Below, piece after piece: positions 52,307 to 64,000 of a stretch of DNA of 64,000 nucleotides (positions within the stretch are counted from its first letter, which is position 1; every line of letters begins with the position of its first letter). The position numbers and the translations under genes are program-made. Below the pieces are notes generated by a model. The model was not told where the DNA came from. It was given only the letters and a program-made list of their open reading frames with translations, and ran no database searches. The stretch comes from Octopus vulgaris (lineage: Eukaryota), in contig OX597823.1 of assembly GCA_951406725.2 (NCBI GenBank), positions 84,072,001 through 84,136,000 of the forward strand, read 5' to 3'.

Positions 52307-54675
52307 GTGTATATATGCATGTGTGTGTTTGTGTGTTCCTTCACCAACTGGTGTTGGTGTGTTTATGTCCCTATACCATAGCAGTTTGGCAAAGGAAACT
52401 GATAGAATAAATACCAAGCTTAGAAAAAAAAAACAAGTCCTGTGGTCGATTTTTGTCAACTAAAATTCTGCAAGGTGGTGCCCCAGCATTGCCACTGTCT
52501 AATGACTGTGTTGTGTGACAAGTACCGCTCCGTGTCCCTGCCCTAGGTCAAGAAGACACTGAGCGGTACTCTCAAAACCTGACCTTTCACTGGTTACAGT
52601 CATCAGGTTAGGGCCATGCTGGGGCACCATCTTGAATAGTTTAGTGAAACAAGTCAAATCCCTGTACTAATTTTGTCTTAAAAGTCTGTACTTATTCTAT
52701 CGATCTCTTTTACTAAACTGCTAAGTTATGGGAACATAAACAAACCAACAGTGTGTCATACAGTGATGGAAGACATACAAGCGTACATACAGACAAGCGT
52801 ACAGACATACAAGCGTACATACATACATACATACAAATAAACATACAGACATACATACAAGCGTACAGACATACAATCATACAGACATACAAGCGTACGT
52901 ACATACAAATGTACATACATACATACATACAAGCGTACATACATACATACATACATACAAACATACATTCATTAATTCATTCATTCATACATTGTTTAAT
53001 GACTGCTAAAACAGAGCAAACAATATCGAATGTCTTGCCCAACAACTCAATTGCCTACCCTGTAGTAGAATTGAACTCCCGATAAAAGCTATTTGATTTC
53101 AGTCAACAGTTGTAGTAATATTAGTTAAGACAGCTGTTCAAAGCAGATGTTACTCGAGAGATTTTCAGCAGTTTACATTGATTTATTGCTTTGTGAAAAC
53201 AGTTTTTGACAAATATTCTATTGTTTGTTAGTGGTTTCTTTATAAAGATGTTGTTTGTTAATGTTTCTGTTTAACTCCATGTTAAACCTGATTCTGCAGA
53301 TTTATGACCGAGCACATTCCAGCTGTGACCACTCCATGTGTATGTCAGTAACCATGTTGACCAGTGGGTTCTCTCCTTGAGAGAGTTAGGTGGAATTTGA
53401 TGGAGATTTGGCTGCTATTTCTAAGCCATGCAACTGCTTGAGGGATCAGTGGTTCTCAATGAGGGTCCATGTAAGGTTTTGTTGAAATTTATATACAGTA
53501 AATTGGTTGTACTTCTAAAGTACACTGTGTGATAAGAAGCTTCCTTCTCAACCACATGGTTCAGTGTTCAGAATGGAAACTGAAAGAAGCCCATTGCATA
53601 TATCGGTGAAACCTTTTTTTCTGCTGAGGGCTTATATGCCCCATTATTAGACTATTTCCTTTAGTCATTGCACAGTGATCGCTTATAAGCTTTAAGCTTA
53701 TGAAAATCTCTATAATGTAATGGTTTGGCAAAAGAGACTGATAGAATAAGTGCCAAACTTAAAATAAGAATGAGGGTCGAGATGTTCAACTAAATCATGG
53801 GTGCAATTGCACCTGTAAGCCTATTTTATTGCACCTGCATGCTGGTGTACTTGTATGTACAAAATATAGTCAATTTTTCAGTTATAAAATTTATACAATA
53901 CTGGTCTGCCTCTTGCCGCGTTCCCACTACGACTTAAAACGGTTAGACTCCAACAGAAAATAGTCCGGCAATTGTCATTTGAATGGAAATTTTGTTTCCA
54001 CTATAAAACACATATTGCTAATTTTGTACCAATCCCTATGAGACCCAACTACACTCTTGCTGAGAAATACAGAATACCTCATAAGTAATGTAAATGTCCT
54101 AAATTCAGTGGTGGCATTAATGAAGATGTTATGTGTTAATTTAATCTCTGTGAAACTCACCTTTATTAATGTATATCGAATTATACATAGATATATACAA
54201 GATTTACATAGATGTAATAGTTAGAACTTGTGATTCTCCGAGGGACCTTTTTTTTTTTTTTTTTTTAAGATTTTTGCCCACCACAAATGTTTCTAGTGAC
54301 TGAAATGAGAAAAGATGATAAAGAAAACATTACGTTTAATATTTTGTTTTTGGATTTGGTTTGCAAGATTCTTTGTATGAGTTCGTGTGTTGAAGCATAT
54401 TCTGTTGCAACACACAATGAAAATTTTAGAAAATGAAAATAAGAAATAAGTGGAAATTTTACCGGTGAGTGTGTTAAATAATAAGGCACTGAAAGAGAAT
54501 GACTCTCCCCAGACACAACAGAATTACTTTTAATGTATTATTAAAAAAAAAACCGCATAATTTGTTTATCATTTTTGTATTTAACTATCAACTAAATGTC
54601 AAAACTTTCATTTTGAACAAGTAATCTAAACATGGATTTTTGATGTCAAATATTTTTATTTTCTCTTTGTTGCAG

Positions 54676-54803
54676 GTAGTTACTAGCGCTGCCACTTGTG
54701 TAGCACTTCTGTTGTTTTTAGGAAATGTTGACACAAAACAGAATTATGTACACGTCAATCTAAGTGCGAAATGGAACTCAACACCTCTTTTTTTGGAAGC
54801 CAG
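54676..54803 (+). CDS. UGGT: UGGT coding exon 2
   Basis: tttgttgcag| VVTSAATCVALLLFLGNVDTKQNYVHVNLSAKWNSTPLFLEA(S) |gtaata. Signal peptide plus the UGGT N-terminal KW..TPL.LEASE motif. Confidence 0.92.
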
Positions 54804-54865
54804 GTAATAATAATTAGTAATTCCTGTTTCTTCTTCTTCAGTAAATAATAACAATAATAATAAAT

Positions 54866-55410
54866 GACCTGATGTAGTACCAGGCAGTGGCTCTCATGGC
54901 TTCTGGTCTTAACTGATTTGAAGTGCTATCATGTACATTGTTTTGTCTTGGTATAAAAGATGGGCTACAGCAAATATGCTGCTCAATACCACAGATTTAC
55001 TTGTCAGTTGTTTGACCGTAACCAGTTGAGAATGCCCCTTGGTGACTGATGAGGTGTGCATCTCTGATCATGAGCAGAAGTAGTGGGGGAACATCATAGC
55101 CTTGAGCTGAGAGGAATTCTTTGGGATTTGAATAATTCTTCTCTGGAAACATGAGTGTTTCGTACATCATCCTTAAACAACCCTTATTCAGGGGCATTTT
55201 GAGCAGGATGGGTTACTCGACCTGAAGGAAATTCTAACTGGGCCCCACCTGCAAGGTCATACACTGTTAACCTTGATATGTGATCACCACTATATTACGC
55301 ATATATGGTTGTGATGCATATGCCTGAGGTACCGTTATCAGACGGGTAGTCATGATGGATATACTAGACTTATAGTGTCACTTTGATGGCATGCACTGCT
55401 CTCTCACTCA
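54866..55410 (+). mobile_element. ~560-nt (TAA)n-associated retroelement in UGGT intron 2
   Basis: Homolog of 30126-30684, flanked by short AAT repeats. Confidence 0.8.
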
Positions 55411-55983
55411 ATAATAATAATAACAATAATTAGTTATCACTGTTTCTTCAGTAAAAAATACCAATAAATATTTCCATTTCATCCCTAGTTTATCATCATC
55501 TTCATTTACTGCCACTTTTCCATGCTTGCATGGGTCAGATGGAATTTGTTGAGGCAGATTTTCTACAGCTGTATGCTCTTTCTGTTGCCAACCCTTGCCT
55601 GTTTCCAACCAAGATAATGTTTCCCCTTGACCAAACAAGTATTTTCATGGAAGACTGGAAATTGGCAGCTTGCTCGTAGGATGCTGACACTTGCTTGGAA
55701 ACCATCATATAATGTCAAGACAAGAGTATGTGGTTGTGTGGTTAGAAGTTTGCTTCCCAACCACTTGATACTGGGTTCAATCCTACTGTGTGGCACCTTG
55801 GGCAATTGTCTTGAAAATGGACATTAATTGATGATGATATCAAAGATATAAAAAGAAATAATAAAGACATTCAGTAGAATATTATTTGTGAACTGGACTA
55901 TTATTTGTTGATGTTTTCTTTCTTTCTTTTTTGAAATCTTGTTTATTTGTTTTTCTTATTTATTCATTTATTTCTTTGAACAG

Positions 55984-56069
55984 TGAGTTCCTTTATCATG
56001 AAAATGAAGATTACTTCTGGAGATTTGTGGATGATGTTAGCCAGAGAACGTCTGAGGAGATCAAGTCAA
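55984..56069 (+). CDS. UGGT: UGGT coding exon 3
   Basis: tgaacag| (S)EFLYHENEDYFWRFVDDVSQRTSEEIKS |gttagt; phases 2 to 1 are consistent. Confidence 0.92.
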
Positions 56070-59000
56070 GTTAGTAATTCCTTTGCCTTTACATTTCTGT
56101 CATTCCCAATTCCACATTAAGGGGTCACAGACATGTAGTTAGAATGTCACAGGAAAGAATCACAAGCGGAATTCTTCAAGCCGAGCCTAGAGTTATACCA
56201 TAAATGAGATGGTTGGATAGCATATACAGTTTCAGCTTCCAGCTGGGAAGTTTAAGGATAGTTGCTTTTGTTAGGATCTTTTTGGAAGAGGCATCTTAGG
56301 ATATTACTCCCACAACCATCTTGGGAACAGTAGGCACTGAAAATAGCTGAACGGATGGCTGTATACATACATATGTCAACATCATCCCCATCATATCATC
56401 ATCATTTAATGTCTGTTTTCCATGCTGGCATGGATTGGATGGTTTGACAGGAGCTGGAGAGCTGCACCAGGCTTCACTTGTCTGTTTTGGTTTGGTATGG
56501 AAAGCAGACATTAAACGATGATGATGATATAATCATCATCATCGTTTAGCGTCCGCTTTCCATGCTAGCATGGGTTGGACGGTTCAACTGGGGTCTGGGA
56601 AGCCAGGCCCAGTCTGAACTGGCAATGTTTCTACGGCTGGATGCCCTTCCTTGCGCCAACCACTCATTGAGTGTAGTGGGTGCTTTTTATGTGCCACCAG
56701 CACGGAGGCCAGGCGAGGCTGGCAACAGCCACGATCGGATGGTGCTTTTTACATGCCACCGGCACGGAGGCCAGGCGAGGCTGGCAACAGCCACGATCGG
56801 ATGGTGCTTTTTACGTGCCACTGGCACGGAGACCAGTTGGGGTGGCACTGGCAACGGCCATGTTCAGATGGTTCTCTTATATATATATATATATACACAC
56901 ACACATACATACATACACACACAGCAGCAATAGACACACTCTCTTGTGTGCAACAAACCTCTTTCAGTTCCTGTCTACCAAATCTATTTGTAAGGGTTTT
57001 GGTCGACCCAGGGCTGTAGTAAAAGACACATGCTCACAGAGCAGTGCAGTGGGGCTTAACCTGAGACACCATGTGTTTATGAAGCAACCTTCTTAACCAC
57101 GCATCCATGTTTGTGCCTGTCTCTAATATTCTTTAGTACTATCAATGATAATGATGATGACATTCCTGTACTCAGATTCATATGCAATCTATAACTGATG
57201 ACCTTGGTGATTAGTATCATTTTAAGATATTTTCTTGTTCTTCTGTCATATTATCTATTTGAAATTTAATACTGTTTAGCAGCAGAAATGTGAAAGTAAA
57301 CATTGACTATTCTTCAAGGCTGATGTCTTTGTCTTTATGTTCATACACAGTTCATATATAATATATGTTCATGTTCATATCAGTATAATCAGATCTGATC
57401 TTAGTTATAGTATATTTACTTTGTCTATTTTAGCAAATGTTTTCATCTTCTTTTTACATCTAAATCCTGTGCCTCTTGCTATGTCTGTTCTTTGTTGTCT
57501 GCTCCTCTTCAATCAGTACCAAGCTAGCTTCCGTTAGAACCTAGATGCTCCAAGTTACTTCCCACATCCCTGGAATATGAAAAGGATGAATGAAGCCAGC
57601 TCAACCCACCCCGGGTGAATGCTGTCTCAAGACAAGAAGAAGAAGAATATGAAAGGGCCAATTCTTATCTCTCTGTTTCATGATATTTCACATGCAGATA
57701 CTAAGTTCACTCCAGGTTAGGAAGAGAGTTTATTGAAATTGTAGCATAATATCTCCATCTCTAGCATCTATTCCTCTGGCCTGCTGTGTGAATTATCATC
57801 ATCGTCATTTACTGTCTACTTTTCCATGCTTGCATAGGTCAGATGGAATTTGTTGAGGTAGATTTTCTCTGGGTGGGTGCTCTTCCTGTCAGTAACTCTC
57901 ACCCATTTCCAAGCAAGGCAATATATTCCCGTAGCTAGAAATGTTTTACACAGGAGACTGGAAACAAAAAAATCTTGCTTGTATAATGATGATGATGATG
58001 ATACTCGTATACAACTATCACAGGATCTCTAATCAAGTGTACACACATACTTTATCTCTCTCTTTCTCTCTTTCTCTCACACGCACACATACATGTAAGT
58101 GTGAGAGCTTCTTTCAGTTTCCAGTTACCATATTCATTCACAAGGGTTATAGTAGAAAATTCTTGCCTAAAGTTCCAAACAATGGAACTCAATCCAAGAC
58201 CACATACTTGAGAAACTAGCTTCTTAAATGGTCATGAAACACCTGCTGTGTTAATTAATTGTATTGCCTAAACTCAACAGAATACCTTCAGCTGATTTGG
58301 ATTTCCAGCTTATTAACAAGTCTGACTAATAGGCTCACTAAGCCAACAAAGTCTCTATACATCAGCTTGATGCGCTAGAAATAAGTCCAGCGAGATGTTC
58401 CCTCATTTTTCAAGACTCATCATCTTCATTTAACTGCCATGGGTTGGACAGTTGGGCAGAATCCAATAAACTAGAGGACTGCATTGAGCTCCAATTTCTC
58501 TTTTGGTGGTGTTTCTATGGCTGGATGCTCTTCCTAACACCAAACACTTTACAAAGTACACCTGTTGCTTTCTTTTTGTTTCACCAGCTCTAGTGAGATC
58601 GTCAGATAACTTGCAAGGCAAAAAAAAAAGATGCTTGACTGTGTGGGATTGTAATAGAGAGGGAGATGACTTTCTGGCAGCTATTAAGAGGTTAAAGTAT
58701 GATAGAGTGACTAGCACACGTGTCTTGCTTTTGCAGAGGTACATGGCTACCCTGTATTACAAAAGCATGGGTAGAAGTAACTGGAAAGACGACGACGATT
58801 TTGGCGAATGTCGGTGTCAGAGTGTACTCTCAAGATACAAGAAGGTGAGTATAGGAGAGAACGGTTAGCCTGCATTACTCCTTAAGAAACATAGGGCTGG
58901 TTTGCTTGTTTCTCTGGCATATATATTCCCCATCTGGACAGGATGCTGGTCTATCACAGGGTTAATCATTTTTACCTGCTGAGTTGACTGGAGCAGCATC

Positions 59001-59223
59001 ACCTGGTTCAGGAATCGAAACCACAATCTTATGATCATGAGTCCAACACCCTAACCACTAAGCCATGCACCACCTCCACATGGTTGAGAATACAGGTAAA
59101 GAATTGAGAAACGTGGATGAATAGGTTCATCAGTTTGAGAGGAAGCTGACAGATGGTTAGAGGCAGGTGTTGAGAAGAATGTCAGTATTTTTTATTTCGT
59201 TTTTCTTTTTTTTCCCATTACAG

Positions 59224-59354
59224 GTTCCAAAGAAACTTCCTACAATCTTCTCTTGGAGATGGCTGCTAAGTATCTCTCTTCTTTACAGCTTAACTTACTT
59301 AAGCTTACATTATCGTTGCGTGTCCATTCTCCAGATGTCGAGATGTATAGTCAG
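59224..59354 (+). CDS. UGGT: UGGT coding exon 4
   Basis: ttacag| (S)SKETSYNLLLEMAAKYLSSLQLNLLKLTLSLRVHSPDVEMYSQ |gtttgt; contains the LSLR..SP motif. Confidence 0.92.
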
Positions 59355-59699
59355 GTTTGTACAGTCAGTTCATATTCGTCACTTTGTATTTTTTCCATTC
59401 AGGCTTCTTCACCATTTCCTTTATCACCGTTTTGACATCCACCTTCCTCCCTGTACTTGCATGGGTTTCATGTAATTCGTTGAGGCAGATTTGTTATGGT
59501 TGAATGCTTCTCGTCATAACATCACCCCTCAGCTGTTTCCGAGCAAGGTAATACTTCCCCATGGCTGAGATGTTTACACAGAAGATAGGAAACAAACAAC
59601 ACTGTTTGTATGACAGTGACATTTAAGGTACCTCGAAAGGTACTCAGCCACTTTGCCTCCATGGGGCCCGTCGTTCAAAAGTTGATTTAAAAAAATTTT

Positions 59700-60230
59700 T
59701 TTTACGTGCCACCAGCATGTGTGCACTTGGCTTGACGGGTCCTCTTAAGCAGAGCACATTGCCAAAGGTTTCAGTCACTAGTCATTGCCTCTGTGAGGTT
59801 CAAAGTTCGAAGGTCATGCTTCACCACCTCATCCCATGTCTTCCTGGGTCTACTTCTACCACAGGTTCCCTCCACAGTTGGAGACTGGCACTTCTTTACA
59901 CAGCTGTCTTCGTCCATATGCATCACATAACCATACCAGCATAGTCGTTTTTCTTGTACACCACATCTGATTCCTCTTATGCTTAACTTTTCTCTCAAGA
60001 TGCTTACACTCTGTAGTACATGATATTGCACATCCAGTGAAGCATAGTCGCTTCATTTCTCTCTAGCTTACACATGTCCTTGGCTGTTATATCCCATGTT
60101 TCACTGCCATGCAGCATAGCTGTTCGCACACAAACACCAAACAATCTGCCTTTCTCTCTGAGAGAGACATTCTTTGTTGCCAGCAGGGGCAAGAGCTCTC
60201 TGAATTTTGCCCAACCCAATCTTATTCTTG
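59700..60230 (-). mobile_element. RTE LINE fragment in UGGT intron 4
   Basis: [16 protein letters not shown]...MLHGSETW...RLCWYGYVMHMDEDSCVKK...RPRKTW. Confidence 0.85.
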
Positions 60231-60310
60231 TATGTACATACATACATACATACATGTGTGTGTGTACGTACATTTATGTATATATATGTATGTACGTACA
60301 AGCATTTATG

Positions 60311-60347
<37 letters not shown>

Positions 60348-60668
60348 GTACTTACATTTATGTATGTACTTACATTTATGTATGTACATACATTTATGTA
60401 TGTACATACATGTATGTATGGATCGATTGTTTAGTTTCAGAATGATATTGTAGGGTGGGTGTGAAAAGCTAGATCTGTCTGGTCTGAACCTAAAACCAAT
60501 AGAATATTTGGGCTAAATATGGCTGATTTAAATGCTAAAAAGTTAAATTAAATCTTTTTTTTTTTTTAATTTTTTGCTTTTTATATGTCTTATTGCAAAT
60601 TATACTAATTCGTGAAGTTTGAAAGTTTTTGTTTAATGTGATGCTTTCTTTTCCTTTTCTGATTGTAG

Positions 60669-60808
60669 ATGGCTCAGGAAGAGAAAAAAAACTTATTTGT
60701 CTCGCAGAAGAAATTAGCTGATAACTGTGATGTGTTTGTAAATATTCATGGTGAAGTAACATGTAACGTTAATGATATTGATACACTTATTAAATCCGCT
60801 CCAAAGAG
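60669..60808 (+). CDS. UGGT: UGGT coding exon 5
   Basis: ttgtag| MAQEEKKNLFVSQKKLADNCDVFVNIHGEVTCNVNDIDTLIKSAPK(R) |gtaaat; conserved C...HG..TC. Confidence 0.9.
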
Positions 60809-61415
60809 GTAAATACTTTCTACATATATTCATCTATTCATTCATTGTTTTAACCTTAACTATTCCATGCTTGTATGGCTCGGATGGTGTTTGTTGAGGC
60901 AGATTCTTTACGACTGGATGCCCTTCCTGTCACCAAGCCTCACCTGTTTCCAAGTCAGATAATATTTTCCTAGGGCCAAACTTGTTTTTTCATTGTTGTT
61001 CATTTATAACCATTGCAGAGTGTCTGGACAAGGGTACCACAAATACAGCCTTGAAGACACACACACACACACATTTTGTTCTTTGTCTCAGTCGTGGGAG
61101 TGTTCTGGCTATGTTAGAACACTAATCTGAAGAGTTCCAGTAGAACAAATTGACCCCAGGACTTATATTTTTAAGCTTGGTACTCACGATAGGCTTTCAC
61201 TTTCTGTTTACCAAATCTGACAAAGCTTTTTCAGCCAGAGCTGTAGCAGAAGATACTTACCCAAGGTACCATGCAGTAGGATTGAATCCAGAACTACTTA
61301 GATAGGAATTTAGATTTCAATATCTTTTTCAGATTTAACTAAATAAATTTTAACAAATCTTTTATTCATGCCTTGTTTTATTTTTATAATGTTATCTTAC
61401 CTTTTTTTATTGTAG

Positions 61416-61590
61416 GCTAAAGGCTGTTACGTATAAATTTGACCATCATTACCCAAGTCCTGTCCAGGCTGATGTATTAGTTATTTTATACGCTCAGCTT
61501 GGAGATTCTTCAATGGCAGAATTTCACAAGCACCTCAAAAAGCTGGCTGTCAGCAAAAAAATCAATTATGTTTACCGACATTACATTCCA
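61416..61590 (+). CDS. UGGT: UGGT coding exon 6
   Basis: ttgtag| (R)LKAVTYKFDHHYPSPVQADVLVILYAQLGDSSMAEFHKHLKKLAVSKKINYVYRHYIP |gtgagt. Confidence 0.95.
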
Positions 61591-62572
61591 GTGAGTTCTT
61601 CTTCTATTTATTGAGGTCAGCTTTACCTCTCATTCTTTCAGGGTTGATAAAATAATGTACCAGTCAAGTACTGGGATCAACAGTACTGTCCAACACCCCT
61701 CTCCTTAATTACTGGTCTTGTGTCCAAATTGTCGTTTTCATCATTTTGTGTCTGTTTTCCCATGCTGGTATGGATTGGACAATTTGACAGGATTTGGTGA
61801 ACCAGAGGACTTCATCAGGCCCTTGTGACTGCTCTGGCATGGTTTTCTATACCTGGATGCCATTCCAAATGCCAACACTTTACAGAATTTGCTGGGTGAC
61901 TTTTATGTGGCACCAGCATCAATGGGGTCACCAAGTGACTTGCAAGACAGGACCTCTCAGCTGAGGGCAGTTGTGTAGTATGGAGGGAGGTGATTTTATG
62001 CATAAACATAGGCTAAACTATAATAGAGGGTCAAGAACAGGTGTCTTGCTGCAAGGGAGATGTATGGTTATCCTAGTTGGAAGAGGAGGAGGAGGATGGG
62101 GATGAGGATGTGCCAGGGTGTACCCTCAAGTTACAGGAAGGTGAATATAAGACAATTGGTGTGGGTGGGTAAGTTAGTTTGTGAGAGGTGAGTGGCAAGT
62201 GGATAGAGGGGAAATGCAGTGAGTTGTAAATGTAGATACAGGTATGGTTGATTGTAAACATCAGTTGGAGAGGAAGGTAGAAGAATTAGGTGTTGGTCAG
62301 GGAGGTAATAAGTGGCAACAAAGGTGATGTGAAGTGAGTAATATGTGAGAGAGTGAGTGAGATGCATACAGTGCTTTAAGATTGTAAAGTACAATTTGCG
62401 AGCAGTTTAGCTGTTATATCTAGTAGACGGAATGACCCTGTAAAAGCTTCCTTGAAATCTCTGTTTATTCATTATGTAAATTCCGTAATGACATTTTTTT
62501 TGCCCACCTCACAAAATTCAAAATTATTTCCTCTTTAAATGATTTCTTTTTCATATTTATTTCTTACAACAG

Positions 62573-62669
62573 AAACCTTCTAACGAGAAGGTTTATCTGT
62601 CGGGCTATGCTGTTGAACTCGCAATAAAAAGCACAGAATACAAAGCAAAAGATGATACGAAAGTTGAAG
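62573..62669 (+). CDS. UGGT: UGGT coding exon 7 (gene continues beyond the window)
   Basis: caacag| KPSNEKVYLSGYAVELAIKSTEYKAKDDTKVE(G) |gtaagt; hallmark UGGT motif LSGY.VELAIKSTEYKA.DD. Confidence 0.97.
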
Positions 62670-62782
62670 GTAAGTCAAATGGTTTCCATTATTATCAGAT
62701 TTAGTATGGCAATGAGCTGGTAGAATTGTTAACATGCCTGGTGTAAAATGCTTGGCAGCATTTTGTTTACTGTATGAGTTTG

Positions 62783-63091
62783 TGGAGGCACATGGCCTAG
62801 TGGTTAGAGCTGCGGACTCGCAGTCGAGGGATCGCGGGTTCGAATCTCAGACTGGGCCATGTGTGTGTTTATGAGTGAAGCGCCTAAGCTCCATGTGGCT
62901 CCGGCAGAAGGTAATAGTGAACTTTTGCTGACTCTTTCGCCACAACTTTCTCTCACTCTTTCCTCCTGCATCTTGCAGCTCACCTGCGACAGACCGGCGT
63001 CCCGTCCAGGTGGGGAACCTATACACCAAGGAAACCGGGAAATTGGCCCTTATGAGCCAGGCGTGGCTTGAGAAGGAACAAACAAAACAAA
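62783..63091 (+). mobile_element. tRNA-derived SINE nested in an older MetaSINE
   Basis: A/B boxes, V-domain-like CTGCGACAGACCGGCGTCCCGTCCAGG, (AAAC)n tail and TGAGTT duplicated on both sides. Confidence 0.8.
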
Positions 63092-63762
63092 CTGAGTTCA
63101 ATTTCCACTAAGGTTGAGATTGCCCTGTGTTGATAAAACAAATGCTGGTGGAGTATTGGAGTCGATGTAATCAACTCGCCATCTTCCACCACCGAAAAAA
63201 GGGAGAAGAATTTCAGGCATTGTACCTGTAGTGGAAAGGATTATCAGCAGCTTTAGTAATGGGATAAGCTGGCATAATCGTTTATTGGACAAGATGCTCA
63301 GTGGCATTTCTTCAAACTCATTTCCTTCTGAGTTCAGATTTCACCAAAGTTGACTTTGCTTTCCATCCCACTAGAGTCAATAAAACAAGTACCAGTCACG
63401 CACTGGGGTCAGTGTCATCAACTTGCCCTCTTCCCTACCAAAGCTAAAAAGAATTATCATCGCTTTAATAGGGCAGCAAACTGGTAGATCCGTTAGTGCA
63501 TTGGACAAAATCTATAGCAATATTTCCTCTGATTCTTTATTTTCTGAATTCCAGTTGCACTGGGTTCAACTTAGCTTTTCATCCCCCTCGCAGTCATAAT
63601 TTTACATTTGATTGGTTACCAACCCCGTGGTTTCCAACCACATGGTTTCTGGTTCAAGCTCACTGCATGGCACTTAGGATATGTGTCTTCTACTATAGCC
63701 CCTGTTTAACCAAAGCTTTATGTGTGGATTTAGTGGGGACAGAAACTGAAAGAAACCTGTCT

Positions 63763-63801
<39 letters not shown>

Positions 63802-64000
63802 ATCATCATCATTTAACATCTGTTGTCCATGCTGGCATGGATTGGACAGTTTGACCAGTTTGCATTTAAAAGGGTTCGTGAGCTTCTTTTTTTTTTTTTT
63901 GCATTTATAAAAGCTTTATATTTTCTTTATGAAATCTTGTACGTTTCAAGATTCTAGTATTTCTTTATGCATTTTATTTTAGTTACATATTTTAAATATT

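Overview
AT-rich, microsatellite-dense eukaryotic genomic DNA, almost certainly from an octopus (inferred from the tRNA-derived SINE families and repeat landscape; no database was searched). Nearly all ORFs in the supplied track are microsatellite or SINE translations. The one host gene I can support is the 5' part of UGGT (UDP-glucose:glycoprotein glucosyltransferase): 7 phase-consistent GT-AG coding exons on the + strand from 45552 to 62669, continuing past the window. The 45 kb upstream is a mosaic of mobile DNA: R4/Dong-like RLE LINEs in (TAA)n, RTE and Tx1-like LINE ends, a decayed full-length mariner, non-autonomous Helitrons including a head-to-tail trimer, a Helitron Rep relic and several SINE families. 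The most striking signal is a cluster of non-coding, Penelope-like fold-back elements in (TA)n tracts at 0-19 kb. Each carries a type I hammerhead ribozyme motif with a palindromic or very short stem III, the stems covary between families, and one copy is a terminally redundant 505-nt unit resembling a retrozyme or circular-RNA monomer. Also notable are a ~560-nt non-coding retroelement that inserts in (TAA)n, a 1.29-kb duplication with a chimeric crossover product, and SINE/LINE 3'-tail partnerships. All alignments and folds were done by eye, and repeat boundaries are approximate.
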